64,000 nucleotides of DNA from Candidatus Latescibacterota bacterium (GTDB lineage Bacteria > Latescibacterota > UBA2968), in contig OZ241986.1 in NCBI GenBank assembly GCA_965204375.1, forward strand, positions 4,000,001 to 4,064,000, given 5' to 3'. Below are positions 1 through 9,615 of the stretch, piece after piece; within the stretch, counting starts at the first letter, position 1, and the number at the start of each line of letters is the position of its first letter. The position numbers and the translations under genes were made by a program. The notes beneath the pieces are model-generated. The model searched no databases and had not been told where the DNA came from. It was given only the letters and a program-made list of their open reading frames with translations.

Positions 1-388
1 AGAGCAACCCAGACACAGACTCCACATCTGACTTTGACTTGCGAAGAACACCCCGTTTCACGAGTTCATTAACCGGAAATTGTTTCAACCACTCAGCAGA
101 TTTTGCGGCTTCCTCCGCCTCGGATTCTCGGGCGCATTGAAGGCGATAGGCGGCCTCAATGCCAAGCCATAAGCTCGCATCAACGCCCAGTACTCTTTCA
201 AACTGTAATGCCGTCGCTGGCTCAAGGGGAGCTTTCCCAGAGATGATCTCACTGATCAACTTCGGAGAGCGACCGCACCGCCGCGCAAACTCGGCCTGGG
301 ATATACTATGCGCTTCCAAACGCTCCTCCAAAACCCAGCCCGGCGGAACCGCATAGTCTGGACGATACTCATTGGTCTCCACTGCCAT
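1..388 (-). CDS. higA: HigA-family antitoxin (XRE HTH), truncated by window edge
   Basis: Manual translation from ATG at 388: MAVETNEYRPDYAVPPGWVLEERLEAHSISQAEFARRCGRSPKLISEIISGKAPLEPATALQFERVLG, a typical HigA N-terminus. AAGGAG RBS upstream; lies directly after higB. Confidence 0.85.
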   Translation of the reverse strand, partial: MAVETNEYRPDYAVPPGWVLEERLEAHSISQAEFARRCGRSPKLISEIISGKAPLEPATALQFERVLGVDASLWLGIEAAYRLQCARESEAEEAAKSAEWLKQFPVNELVKRGVLRKSKSDVESVSGLL

Positions 389-402
389 TTCTCGCTCCTT
401 AT

Positions 403-738
403 TCAGTGGTAGTCGATCACTTCAATGATCGTGATTGCACTCACTTTCTTTGCATCTATTCCTCCATCCTCCTTACGTGGTATGGGATTGTGATCAGGCT
501 CAAAAATTAGCCGATAGGGATAAACAAGATTAACAGCATATTGCTCGTCGCGATCTCCTCGAAGCTGGTGACGCCGATCTGGTGGAGTCGTGGGCACTTG
601 CTCTAATGTCTCGGCGGCCTTTAGCGTAGCGAGGCGGATCATAATCACCTTTGCCATACGAGGGCCATACACCCTTTGGAGTAAGCGAGCGGAGTTAAAC
701 GTTCTCGCGATCTTACTTGTTCGAAAGGTGATGTCCAA
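403..738 (-). CDS. higB: HigB-family (RelE-like) toxin / killer protein
   Basis: 111 aa with RRHQLRGDRDEQYAVNL..PYRLIF and C-terminal IIEVIDYH; toxin-before-antitoxin order. Confidence 0.85.
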   Translation of the reverse strand: MDITFRTSKIARTFNSARLLQRVYGPRMAKVIMIRLATLKAAETLEQVPTTPPDRRHQLRGDRDEQYAVNLVYPYRLIFEPDHNPIPRKEDGGIDAKKVSAITIIEVIDYH

Positions 739-950
739 TACCCCGGCTCCTATTAATAATTTTTTTCGTTACCTTATAGGTAATATATTATCAGATTTTA
801 TTCAGGGAGGCAAGAATAATCTGGTAGCAATAGTATCGCTGTCTGGCGGTCAGCGTGAAAAGCCTCTTTGCCAGACCATATTAACCTGCTATATTCCTGA
901 ACCTACTATTCATCACCAGATCAATGACGTCTCATTTTTCGGAGGTTAGT

Positions 951-2000
951 ATGGAGCTATTAAAAGAATTGTGTGAATGTTCGGGAGTGCCTGGGCGCGA
1001 AGAGCGATTGCGCGAAATCGTGCGGAGAGAACTGGAGCCTATCGCAGATGAACTTCGCGTAGATGGGATGGGCAACTTGATAATCAAAAAGAACGCAAGC
1101 GCGGGCGAGAACCCAAAAAAACTGATGCTGGCCGCGCACATGGACGAAATAGGCTTTGTCGTATCCCACATCGACAAACAGGGCCTCTTGCGCCTCGTAC
1201 CTCTGGGCGGGCATGATCCCCGCAACATGGTCGCACAGCGCGTCACCGTCGCCGGCACCGAAAAAGATCACACCGGCCTGTTGTATCCCGGCGTAAAACC
1301 CCCGCATATCCAGACAGAAGCCGACCGAAACAAAAAACTGGACATCAGCGACTTTGTCGTAGATCTCTACATGTCAGCCGACGACGTCAAAGAAGAAATC
1401 GAAATCGGCGCAATGGTAACACTACAACGCGACTTTGTCGAAATAGGCAACGGCGTAAGTTGTAAAGCCATGGACAATCGGATCGCCGTATATGTCATGA
1501 TCGAAGCCGTAAAACGGGCCGAATCCTTCGCCTTTGAAACATATCCCGTAGCCACAGTACAGGAAGAAATTGGCCTGCGAGGCGCAACCGCGAGTGCCTT
1601 TGGCGTGAACCCAGACGTGGGCGTAGCACTGGACATCACACTGGCAGCCGACATACCGGGCATTCCAGAGCATGAACAGGTCACGCGCCTGGGAGAAGGT
1701 GCTGCAATTAAAATTCAGGATTCCAGCTCAATTTCACACCCGGGATTAGTCGCACACATGAAAACCCTCGCAAAAGAGCGCGACATCAAATACCAGATGG
1801 AAATACTGCCCCGGGGCGGCACAGACGCAGGTGGAATACAGCGGATTCGAGCTGGAGTACCCGTAATCACCCTGTCCATCCCCACGCGGTATGTACACAC
1901 ATCAATTGAATTGGCCGACAAAGACGACATCGAAGCCACGATTCAACTATTGGCCGCCTTCCTCGAAGAAGGCCACCGCACGGACTGGGACATGGTGTGA
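951..2000 (+). CDS. M42 family aminopeptidase
   Basis: Motifs AAHMDEIG, KAMDNR, VQEEIGLRGA, GGTDAG, RYVHT. GGAGG RBS before ATG 951. Confidence 0.92.
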   Translation: MELLKELCECSGVPGREERLREIVRRELEPIADELRVDGMGNLIIKKNASAGENPKKLMLAAHMDEIGFVVSHIDKQGLLRLVPLGGHDPRNMVAQRVTVAGTEKDHTGLLYPGVKPPHIQTEADRNKKLDISDFVVDLYMSADDVKEEIEIGAMVTLQRDFVEIGNGVSCKAMDNRIAVYVMIEAVKRAESFAFETYPVATVQEEIGLRGATASAFGVNPDVGVALDITLAADIPGIPEHEQVTRLGEGAAIKIQDSSSISHPGLVAHMKTLAKERDIKYQMEILPRGGTDAGGIQRIRAGVPVITLSIPTRYVHTSIELADKDDIEATIQLLAAFLEEGHRTDWDMV

Positions 2001-2004
2001 TTCG

Positions 2005-2952
2005 TCACCTCTGTTCCTCATGAAAGAGAAACGAAAGCAACGTGAAACGCCGCCCCCTGGTCACTGGCTGGACCTCGTGGAGAAAAGAACTGGAAAACGC
2101 GATAGCATCGCCTGCAGGCGGGCGATAGCGGTGGGGACCAAACTCGGGAAAAACGAGATGCCCGCCCGTATAATCGTCATTGAGATTAAGCGTAAGCGCA
2201 AAGCGGCGGTGGGCGGTTGAGGGACTGAGATTATCGCGGTGAGCGCGAAAAAAACCCCCACTATCCGCGTCATAACACGCAATTTTAAAGCCCTCAAACC
2301 GCGTCGCCCGGTAGTGGAAAGCGCGTTGCACCTCGGGCATAACCCGGCGCCCCACCGTAGAAGTAAGCAAACGCAAAAGGCGGGCATCGGTAACCTCGTG
2401 ATCTCGCCGCTTTTTGTTCTCGTAGTCAATAACATCGCGCCGAACGCCAGATTGGGAACTTTCAACCCCGGTTTCCGTATTCCCCTGTGTCGCCCATACA
2501 TTGATGAGTGCCTGGCAGACATCCGAAGTCAGAACATTGGGAATAAGAAGAACCGGCGCCTGGACATCGACATCAAGAGCCAGATGAGAAGGCAGGCTCT
2601 CAAACGCGCGATAAATCTGATCAAAAGCCTGCGGATCCTGAATACCCGACAGAACGCGCAGATTGGCATCCAGCGCAAACGCGGCAAAATCTCCCTCGAG
2701 ACCATAAGCTTTGCCAACCGCGTTTTCACCATCAATAAATACAGTGACATTGGCCTTCGCGAACTTCAATGGACCAATAACAAAAACATCTACCTCTTCC
2801 GAAACCTCCAAACCTTCTAAAACCTGTCCTCCCCCGGTAAAAACCAAAAGCGTCGGACGACCACCTGCGCGGGAATAAAAGCGCGTTTGAGGACCGTCCA
2901 TTATCGGAAGAACAAAGTCGGGAGCGCGTTCGCCCCGGTTGAGGATACTCAT
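2005..2952 (-). CDS. 2OG-Fe(II) oxygenase with N-terminal redoxin-like domain
   Basis: G.RAPDFVLP redoxin-type start; HRD...HEV...R facial triad in the C-terminal half. Start could be 2976. Confidence 0.8.
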   Translation of the reverse strand: MSILNRGERAPDFVLPIMDGPQTRFYSRAGGRPTLLVFTGGGQVLEGLEVSEEVDVFVIGPLKFAKANVTVFIDGENAVGKAYGLEGDFAAFALDANLRVLSGIQDPQAFDQIYRAFESLPSHLALDVDVQAPVLLIPNVLTSDVCQALINVWATQGNTETGVESSQSGVRRDVIDYENKKRRDHEVTDARLLRLLTSTVGRRVMPEVQRAFHYRATRFEGFKIACYDADSGGFFRAHRDNLSPSTAHRRFALTLNLNDDYTGGHLVFPEFGPHRYRPPAGDAIAFSSSFLHEVQPVTRGRRFTLLSFLFHEEQR

Positions 2953-2974
2953 GGTGAGCCTCTTAGCATTAGAC

Positions 2975-4900
2975 ATGAACCATCATTCACGTTGCTTTTA
3001 CCTATTCTTCTTCTTACTCGGATGCCTCGCTCCCGACCCCGGCCAGAACATACCCACCCAAGCCACATCCAGCGCTCAAAAACAAGCGCCCCAAACCCGT
3101 GCCCCCCTCAAAATTGATCCCGCCATACTCCAGAACCGCACCTTTAACGAAGCCCCCATGTTCACCGAACAGGTCAAACAGGGCAAACTTCCACCCGTCT
3201 CTGAGCGCCTGCCCGAAAATCCCCTCGTCATCGTGCCCATTGAAGAAATCGGAATATACGGCGGCACGCTGAGACGCGCCCTCACCGGCGACATCGTACA
3301 AACCCCGGGACCCAACAAAACCCTCAACGAAAACCTGATGGGCTATGAACGCCCCTTTCCAAACAGCATCCAATACAACCTGGCGGAGCACTTCACCTAT
3401 GAGGACAGCGGCAAAGTCGCAATTTTCAAAATCCGCAAAGGCGTCAAATGGTCCGACGGCCACCCATTCACCGTTGACGACATCCTCTTCTGGTATTACG
3501 ACATGACCTTTGACGACAACGCCCGTCAAAACCCCTTTCCACCAGCGGGATGGATGGTAGATGGCAAACCCATGAAGTTCAAAAAAATCGATCTCCACAC
3601 CCTTGAAATCTCCTCGCCCAAACCCCTGGGTCGCGTACTCCACGAACTCAGCCGCGCCCTGATCGCCGCGCCAAAACACATCCTATCGCCCCTGCACCCC
3701 AAATACAACCCCAAAACCGATTACAACGCCTTTCGCGAAGCCACGACCAGAGCGCAACTACTCCTGCAGCCCAGCATCCCCCGCATCTCCGCCTGGATCC
3801 CCGTCGAATGGATCCGGGGTCAGCGCATCGTCTATGAACGCAACCCCTACTACTGGAAAGTAGATACAGCAGGCAATCAACTCCCTTATGCCGACCGCAT
3901 CATCTTCAACGTCATCCAGGATCCCCAGGTCATTCTGCTAAAATTCATCAACAGCGAACTCGACCTGATCGGGCGTTATACCCGCATCGACATGTTCCCC
4001 ACCCTCAAAGTAAAAGAGAAAACCGGGAAATTCAATCTCCGACTCACCGGACCCAACAGAGGTCCGGCCTACCACCTCAACTGGGACGCGCCCAACCCCG
4101 CCTTGCGAAAAGCTTTTCGCAACAAAAACGTCCGCATCGCGCTCTCCCACGCTATAAACCGCGAAGAAATTGACGAAATAGTCTTCCACGGCCTCCTCGA
4201 CCCCTCGGGCTATTCCTTTGGACCTATAAGCCCTTATTTTTCTCCAAAAGCCTATAAAAGATACGCCGAATACGACCCCGATAAAGCCAGACGCCTCCTC
4301 GACAGCGAAGGCTATATCGACACTGATGGCGACGGCATCCGCGAATTCCGAAACGGCTCCCGCTTTGAACTCACCATCGACTTCGTACACCCCGGCGGCA
4401 TGTTCAACGGCCAACCCGTCTCCGAACTGGTAGCCGACCACTGGCGAGCCGTGGGGATCAAAGTCAATCTCAACGGCGGCCTGCGCGACATCATCGTCCC
4501 TCGCCGATACAACTGCGAATACGACGTCCACTACTGGGGCCTCGAAGGACCCAACGCCCCCTTAACCTATCCCATTGGCTGGGCTATCCTGGCTAAAAAC
4601 GTACCCTACTGGCATCAGAAAGCTTGGGACGAAGGTCCCCCCTGGCTGCGCGAAGCCACCCAATACGTCCGATTGGCGATGACCACCGTCGATACGGCAA
4701 AACTCCGCACATACATGACCCGCGTGCGCGACCTCCACACGGAAAACGTCCCCATCATCACCATCGGCTCTGCGTACCACGTTTGGGGAGCCAGCAGTCG
4801 CCTGGGCAATGTCCCATATCAAAACGTGGCCGACAACGCCTTTCTGGGCTGGAGCCGGCCAGTGTTTCACGAGCAGATATTTGTGAAAAGTGGTCAATGA
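2975..4900 (+). CDS. ABC transporter substrate-binding lipoprotein, family 5
   Basis: Lipobox LLGC, GKLPPVSERLPENP, KWSDGHPFTVDDI, RNPYYWKVD. Start uncertain. Confidence 0.9.
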   Translation: MNHHSRCFYLFFFLLGCLAPDPGQNIPTQATSSAQKQAPQTRAPLKIDPAILQNRTFNEAPMFTEQVKQGKLPPVSERLPENPLVIVPIEEIGIYGGTLRRALTGDIVQTPGPNKTLNENLMGYERPFPNSIQYNLAEHFTYEDSGKVAIFKIRKGVKWSDGHPFTVDDILFWYYDMTFDDNARQNPFPPAGWMVDGKPMKFKKIDLHTLEISSPKPLGRVLHELSRALIAAPKHILSPLHPKYNPKTDYNAFREATTRAQLLLQPSIPRISAWIPVEWIRGQRIVYERNPYYWKVDTAGNQLPYADRIIFNVIQDPQVILLKFINSELDLIGRYTRIDMFPTLKVKEKTGKFNLRLTGPNRGPAYHLNWDAPNPALRKAFRNKNVRIALSHAINREEIDEIVFHGLLDPSGYSFGPISPYFSPKAYKRYAEYDPDKARRLLDSEGYIDTDGDGIREFRNGSRFELTIDFVHPGGMFNGQPVSELVADHWRAVGIKVNLNGGLRDIIVPRRYNCEYDVHYWGLEGPNAPLTYPIGWAILAKNVPYWHQKAWDEGPPWLREATQYVRLAMTTVDTAKLRTYMTRVRDLHTENVPIITIGSAYHVWGASSRLGNVPYQNVADNAFLGWSRPVFHEQIFVKSGQ

Positions 4901-5734
4901 TTACAAAAAAGACCTCAGAAAATTCGCCGACCGAATTGCGGCTTCATCGGGAGGCAGATCTCCGCCAAAGGCGTGATGCAGCGTCACGTAGCCGCGGTAA
5001 TTGATACCGTGCAGCCCATCAAAAACCTCTTGAAAATCTATCCCACCAGATTCATCCAGCGGTCGCAAAGTGGAATAAACTGTACCGCGCACATAGGTGG
5101 TCATCGGCATATCGCCATCGGGATCCGGAACGTGATTTTGCAAATAAACGTTAAAGAGATAGGGAGCAAAGCGTTTGAGGGTCTCGGGCCCATAGTCTTC
5201 ACCGCACAGAGCCAAATTTGCAGGCTCGTAAATAATCCCAAAATTTGGTCGGTCAATACTCTGAAGTGCCTCAATCGATCCCTTCACCGTCTCAAAAAGA
5301 CTCTGGGTATGCGATTGATGTGCCAGGCGTATATCTCGCTCGGCTGCTTCATCTGCTGCGCGCCGGGCATGCGCGATATCTGCATCGGTCTTGATACAGA
5401 TGCGCAGTAAATCGCAGCCAAGCGCGTCTGCCAGATCGAGATGCGGGGTAATATTCCGCAAACTCTCCGGTCCGTCCGCACCATTTTCAGGTATGGCAAA
5501 ATCGCCGGTTGCCATTGAAACCGCGAGATTGTGTCTCTTCAAAATACGTTGCACTTCAACAATGCGTTCGGGCGGACTGTGCGTACCCACGCCCGAAGCA
5601 CGCATACAAAGTGCTTTATAACCCGCGCTTTCGGCAATCTCCGCGAGATCGGGCAGAGCGATAGTCAAATTGCGCTTATTGCGAAAACTTTCGGCCACGC
5701 GAACAGAGAGAGAAAGTTGCATTGCAATCTCCAT
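4901..5734 (-). CDS. Sugar phosphate isomerase/epimerase (xylose isomerase-like TIM barrel)
   Basis: AP-endonuclease-2-like pattern (LAHQSH, NFGIIYEPANL, GGIDF, YRGYVTL). Confidence 0.75.
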   Translation of the reverse strand: MEIAMQLSLSVRVAESFRNKRNLTIALPDLAEIAESAGYKALCMRASGVGTHSPPERIVEVQRILKRHNLAVSMATGDFAIPENGADGPESLRNITPHLDLADALGCDLLRICIKTDADIAHARRAADEAAERDIRLAHQSHTQSLFETVKGSIEALQSIDRPNFGIIYEPANLALCGEDYGPETLKRFAPYLFNVYLQNHVPDPDGDMPMTTYVRGTVYSTLRPLDESGGIDFQEVFDGLHGINYRGYVTLHHAFGGDLPPDEAAIRSANFLRSFL

Positions 5735-5735
5735 T

Positions 5736-5831
5736 GGAAGTGTGAAGGAGGAAGTGTGAAGGAGAAAATAAGATGAGGCACCGGCTTTAGGGTGGTGTTG
5801 GGTGGCCTTCTAACTTCTAACTTCTTACTTT
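5736..5831. repeat. Short tandem repeats (GGAAGTGTGAAGGA x2; CTTCTAA-type x3)
   Basis: Seen directly at 5736-5763 and 5807-5831 in the divergent intergenic region. Confidence 0.8.
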
Positions 5832-5919
5832 TCTTGGTAGAAAATCAACTTGCATCAGATAAATTTTTAACTATTCTTACAGCTACACATATTTTTCACT
5901 GCGATGGAAGGCGGATGTC

Positions 5920-6576
5920 ATGATTGAAATGCGGGTTGTGGATATACGTCAAGATCAGTCAGAACAGAACGTAGTGTGGCTGCAAAGTGTTGAGGGCAGT
6001 GTGATGGTGCCCATTGAAATTGGTCATATCGAATATCGGTCTATCCGTTCAGAACTCGCAGGTAAATCTATGCCGCGACCTCTTGCGTATGATTTGATGT
6101 ATGCAATGCTGGCACATTTTGATGCCGAAGTTGAAAAGGTGCAGATTGTCGATTTAAAAGATCAGATTTTTTACGCCGAACTCATCCTCTTTGCTCGAGG
6201 AGAGCAAGTGCGTTTAGACGCCCGCCCCAGTGATAGCATCGTACTCGCACTCAAATTTGGTGCGCCTATCTATATGGATGCCAAAATCATTCAACAAGTG
6301 GGATTCAAAGTCCGCCGCACCGAATACGGTTATGAGCTTGAGCAGCTAAATCCACCCCAGGAACAGGACATACCTGAAGAACCCGTCTTAGACATCGCGC
6401 AGACAGCCGAACAGCCAATACAAGGTGTTGATTCGCAGGGACGAGATATGGATCCTGATGAATTGCTGGAAGTTTTGAAAGAGCAAATGAATAAAGCTGT
6501 TAAAGAAGAGCGCTACGAAGACGCGGGAATAATTCGAGATGAGATTGAGCGGATAGAAGAAAAAAGTGAGAAGTGA
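5920..6576 (+). CDS. Bifunctional nuclease (DUF151) domain protein with C-terminal UVR domain
   Basis: PIEIG, PRPLAYDL, LDARPSDSIVLAL motifs; C-terminal MNKAVKEERYEDAGIIRDEI. Confidence 0.88.
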   Translation: MIEMRVVDIRQDQSEQNVVWLQSVEGSVMVPIEIGHIEYRSIRSELAGKSMPRPLAYDLMYAMLAHFDAEVEKVQIVDLKDQIFYAELILFARGEQVRLDARPSDSIVLALKFGAPIYMDAKIIQQVGFKVRRTEYGYELEQLNPPQEQDIPEEPVLDIAQTAEQPIQGVDSQGRDMDPDELLEVLKEQMNKAVKEERYEDAGIIRDEIERIEEKSEK

Positions 6577-6669
6577 GAAGGGTGAAGTGAGAAGTCCACC
6601 CAACCCCTTTCGTCTCACGTTTTACGTTTCACCTGCCTTTCACACTTCCTACTTCACACTTCCTACTTC
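6564..6669. repeat. Heptamer tandem repeats (AAGTGAG, CGTYTYA, CTTCACA/CTTCCTA) between convergent genes
   Basis: Seen directly; they overlap both stop codons. Confidence 0.8.
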
Positions 6670-7422
6670 AAACACAGTGCTATGCGCTTCGACATGGCCG
6701 ATATTCTCGTCGATTTCGCTGCGGCTCATCATCCCAACAGTAATCGCGTCAATCGCTGGAATATCGAGAACATAGTGAATCGCATCGCGTGCGGGCAGGT
6801 CGCCGCGACCCACGACTTTCATCCCATAAACGCCGATATCATTGTCATCCATCTCTTCCAGAATGGGAACAACGCGTTCGGGTGGCCCATCCATATTCTT
6901 CCCTGCATAGTTAATCCGCGCCAAAACAACATCCACCCATGGGGTGATAGCCGCTTGCTGGAAGGCATCAATATCGTGACAGGAAACACCGTGTGCGCGA
7001 ATGATGCCTTTTTGCTTTCTATCGGCGAGAACATCCATAACCCCGCGATAGGAACTGGGCCAGTCTTCATCTGTCAGACAATGCATAAGAACAATATCGA
7101 TATAATCCGTATCTAACTCGCTCAAAATGCGATCCATATCGCGCTCTGCCTCATTGGCTGTAGTAGCGCGGATCTTGGATGTAATAACAACCCGCTCGCG
7201 ATCAATATGCTCCAATGCCCCTGCGAGATGGGCATGACTGCCATATTGATCGGCACTATCCCAAAATGTAATACCCCGTTCAAAGCCATAGATGAGCAAA
7301 TCAGTGAGCGCCTGCGTCCCCAGATCCGTCTGATTGGAACGCCCGCCCCAGCCATTGGTACCCGTACCAAAACTGAGTTGAGAGACCAATATACCGGTGG
7401 TGCCGAGTTCGACGGTTTTCAC
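6649..7422 (-). CDS. Aldo/keto reductase
   Basis: LGTTGILVSQLSFGT, FWDSADQYG, ITSK, LDTDYIDIVLMH, GVSCH. Confidence 0.9.
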   Translation of the reverse strand: MKTVELGTTGILVSQLSFGTGTNGWGGRSNQTDLGTQALTDLLIYGFERGITFWDSADQYGSHAHLAGALEHIDRERVVITSKIRATTANEAERDMDRILSELDTDYIDIVLMHCLTDEDWPSSYRGVMDVLADRKQKGIIRAHGVSCHDIDAFQQAAITPWVDVVLARINYAGKNMDGPPERVVPILEEMDDNDIGVYGMKVVGRGDLPARDAIHYVLDIPAIDAITVGMMSRSEIDENIGHVEAHSTVFEVGSVK

Positions 7423-7546
7423 GGTAAACTCCTTTCCCTTCTTTTGTATTTTTTATTTCAACATTTTTTTATATTAACGCACCATTCTGCATCCGTCAAT
7501 GGAATTTGGTCCCCTCTCCTCTGAGGGAGTAAGGAATATTACCGTC

Positions 7547-8587
7547 ATGAGACTCGGGCTTATTGGATTGCCGCAGGTCGGCAAAAAAACGCTATTCCGC
7601 TTACTAACCGGGCATACAGGTGAAATGGGACAGGCAAAAGTGCGGGATGAGCGGTTTGAGCGGCTGGTAGAAATGTACAAACCCAAACGCGAAGTACCTG
7701 CGGAAATGGCATTTGTGCTATTACCCGACTTGGACACACAGACCGAACGCAACATACCTGTTTTGCAAGATCTCGAGCGGGTAGATGTAATCTGCTTCCT
7801 CACCCGGGTATTCGAAAACGACACCGTCTTTCACATCGCGGGCGACGTAGATGCCAAACGCGACATACGGGCTTTTTGGGAAGAACTATTGCTCGCCGAC
7901 CTGATCTTTGTAGAAAAGCGACTGGAGCGAATAGCACAAGACCGGCACACAAAAGACAGACTGCGAATAGAGCAAGAAAAAGACTTAATGACGCGCATGC
8001 AGACGCACCTGGAAGCAGGGAAACCCCTGCGCCAGTTTCCCCTGACCTCGGACGAAGTAAAACTGACATCCAGCTATCCCTTCTTAACCACCAAAGCCGT
8101 AATCGTAGTCCTGAACACAGACGAAGATCAAATCGGCGACGATGCGATCATACATGAAATAGCCACTGATTTTACCGACTGTGGTTTTGAATGGATTGCA
8201 ATATCCGCACAAATCGAAGAAGAAATCTCCCTGCTCGACGACGAAACACGCGAGGAATTTCTCGCTGATTTAGGAATTGAACAACCCGCACTGGATCGGC
8301 TCACCTTATTGTGCTACAAAACCCTGGGCTTGATCTCATTCTTCACAGTCGTCAACGACGAAGTACACGCCTGGGCGATTCCAAAAGGCACCCTATCACC
8401 GCAAGCGGGCGGCGCGGTTCACGGAGACATCGAACGGGGATTCATCCGGGCCGAAGTCATGCGCTACGAAGACTTAATCGCATTTGGAGACGAGCAAAAA
8501 ATAAAAGCAGCCGGTAAGCTCATGGTCAAAGGAAAAGACGCAGAGATTTTTGATGGCGATGTGATACACTTCTTGTTCAAAGTTTAA
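7547..8587 (+). CDS. ychF: YchF-like (Obg family) ATPase, divergent
   Basis: GLIGLPQVGKKTLF, LGLISFFT, AGGAVHGDIERGFIRAEV, GKD...DGDVIHFLF (TGS domain). Confidence 0.85.
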   Translation: MRLGLIGLPQVGKKTLFRLLTGHTGEMGQAKVRDERFERLVEMYKPKREVPAEMAFVLLPDLDTQTERNIPVLQDLERVDVICFLTRVFENDTVFHIAGDVDAKRDIRAFWEELLLADLIFVEKRLERIAQDRHTKDRLRIEQEKDLMTRMQTHLEAGKPLRQFPLTSDEVKLTSSYPFLTTKAVIVVLNTDEDQIGDDAIIHEIATDFTDCGFEWIAISAQIEEEISLLDDETREEFLADLGIEQPALDRLTLLCYKTLGLISFFTVVNDEVHAWAIPKGTLSPQAGGAVHGDIERGFIRAEVMRYEDLIAFGDEQKIKAAGKLMVKGKDAEIFDGDVIHFLFKV

Positions 8588-8658
8588 TTTGTGTTTGTAC
8601 CAAATTTATGGGATATTATTGGTGTGTAAATACTACTTGATCCTCAGCAGGAAAAATA

Positions 8659-9174
8659 ATGACCGGAAAATGGAGCAATTTGATTGACTTGCGCTTTCTT
8701 CTAACTTGTTTGTTTTCTATAGGGTTACCTTTAATCTTATGGATTCTTTCTCCCAATGACAGCATATCCCTAAAATGGGCCTTGGCCGTGTTGGCTCTTT
8801 TGTTGATACTTTTAGTATTTTCAGGTCGGATAGCTTACCAATATTACCAAAGGGCGCAAAATATATTGCCAAAATTGATCCGAATAGTACCTGACAATAT
8901 GGGAGTAATTTGTCTTTTTGAGCCATCAGAACTCTATTCTCATAATGCCCTCGTTTCCTTGTTTTTTAATGATGAAGATTACGAAAGACTAATTGGCTTG
9001 GGATATGTCTTCAATGTGCAAGACGACAAAAACATCCAAATTTTGATAACCCAGTGGATACCTGGGCAAGAAGAAATCAAGGATAAATTAGAAGCTAACA
9101 ATGCACAAGTTTTGGAAAAGATAATAGCCAAACCCAATGTCAATCGGTTATACTTTGAGATTTTGGGAGAATAG
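8659..9174 (+). CDS. Hypothetical membrane protein (2 N-terminal TM helices)
   Basis: 171-aa AT-rich ORF with RBS and two hydrophobic segments. Confidence 0.7.
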   Translation: MTGKWSNLIDLRFLLTCLFSIGLPLILWILSPNDSISLKWALAVLALLLILLVFSGRIAYQYYQRAQNILPKLIRIVPDNMGVICLFEPSELYSHNALVSLFFNDEDYERLIGLGYVFNVQDDKNIQILITQWIPGQEEIKDKLEANNAQVLEKIIAKPNVNRLYFEILGE

Positions 9175-9183
9175 GAGGCACTC

Positions 9184-9603
9184 ATGGAGACTAAAGAAAC
9201 CGTAAAGGGGGGAAGAGCAGAAAAGTCTTTTCCCGCGTCCGTAGCTGAGGTTTTTGATAATGGCTATAAAATTGTGATCAACAGGGGGAGCGAACATGGT
9301 ATTAGAAAAAGCCAGAGATTCCAGATTTATGTTTTAAGTGAAGAAGAAATCATAGATCCTGTGAGTAGAGAGCCTTTAGGTCATTTGGAGATTGTAAAGG
9401 GTATTGGAAAGGTTGTTAATATTCAACCAAAAATGGCTACTTTGGAATCCATTCGGGAAAGTGTTACAATGGAACGAAGAATTGTGAAAAAAATAAATCC
9501 AATTTATTCAATTAAAGGTGATGAAGAAGAAACCATAATTCCCAAAACAAGACTGCTCCCCTTTGATGAACCTGAAGTCGGGGATAAAGTCAGACCGATC
9601 TAA
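9184..9603 (+). CDS. Hypothetical protein, FlgT C-terminal-like beta domain
   Basis: IVINRGSEHGI...F.IY...IIDPVSREPLG...VGDKVR pattern; GGAGG RBS. Confidence 0.65.
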   Translation: METKETVKGGRAEKSFPASVAEVFDNGYKIVINRGSEHGIRKSQRFQIYVLSEEEIIDPVSREPLGHLEIVKGIGKVVNIQPKMATLESIRESVTMERRIVKKINPIYSIKGDEEETIIPKTRLLPFDEPEVGDKVRPI

Positions 9604-9615
9604 AAGTGAATCTAA

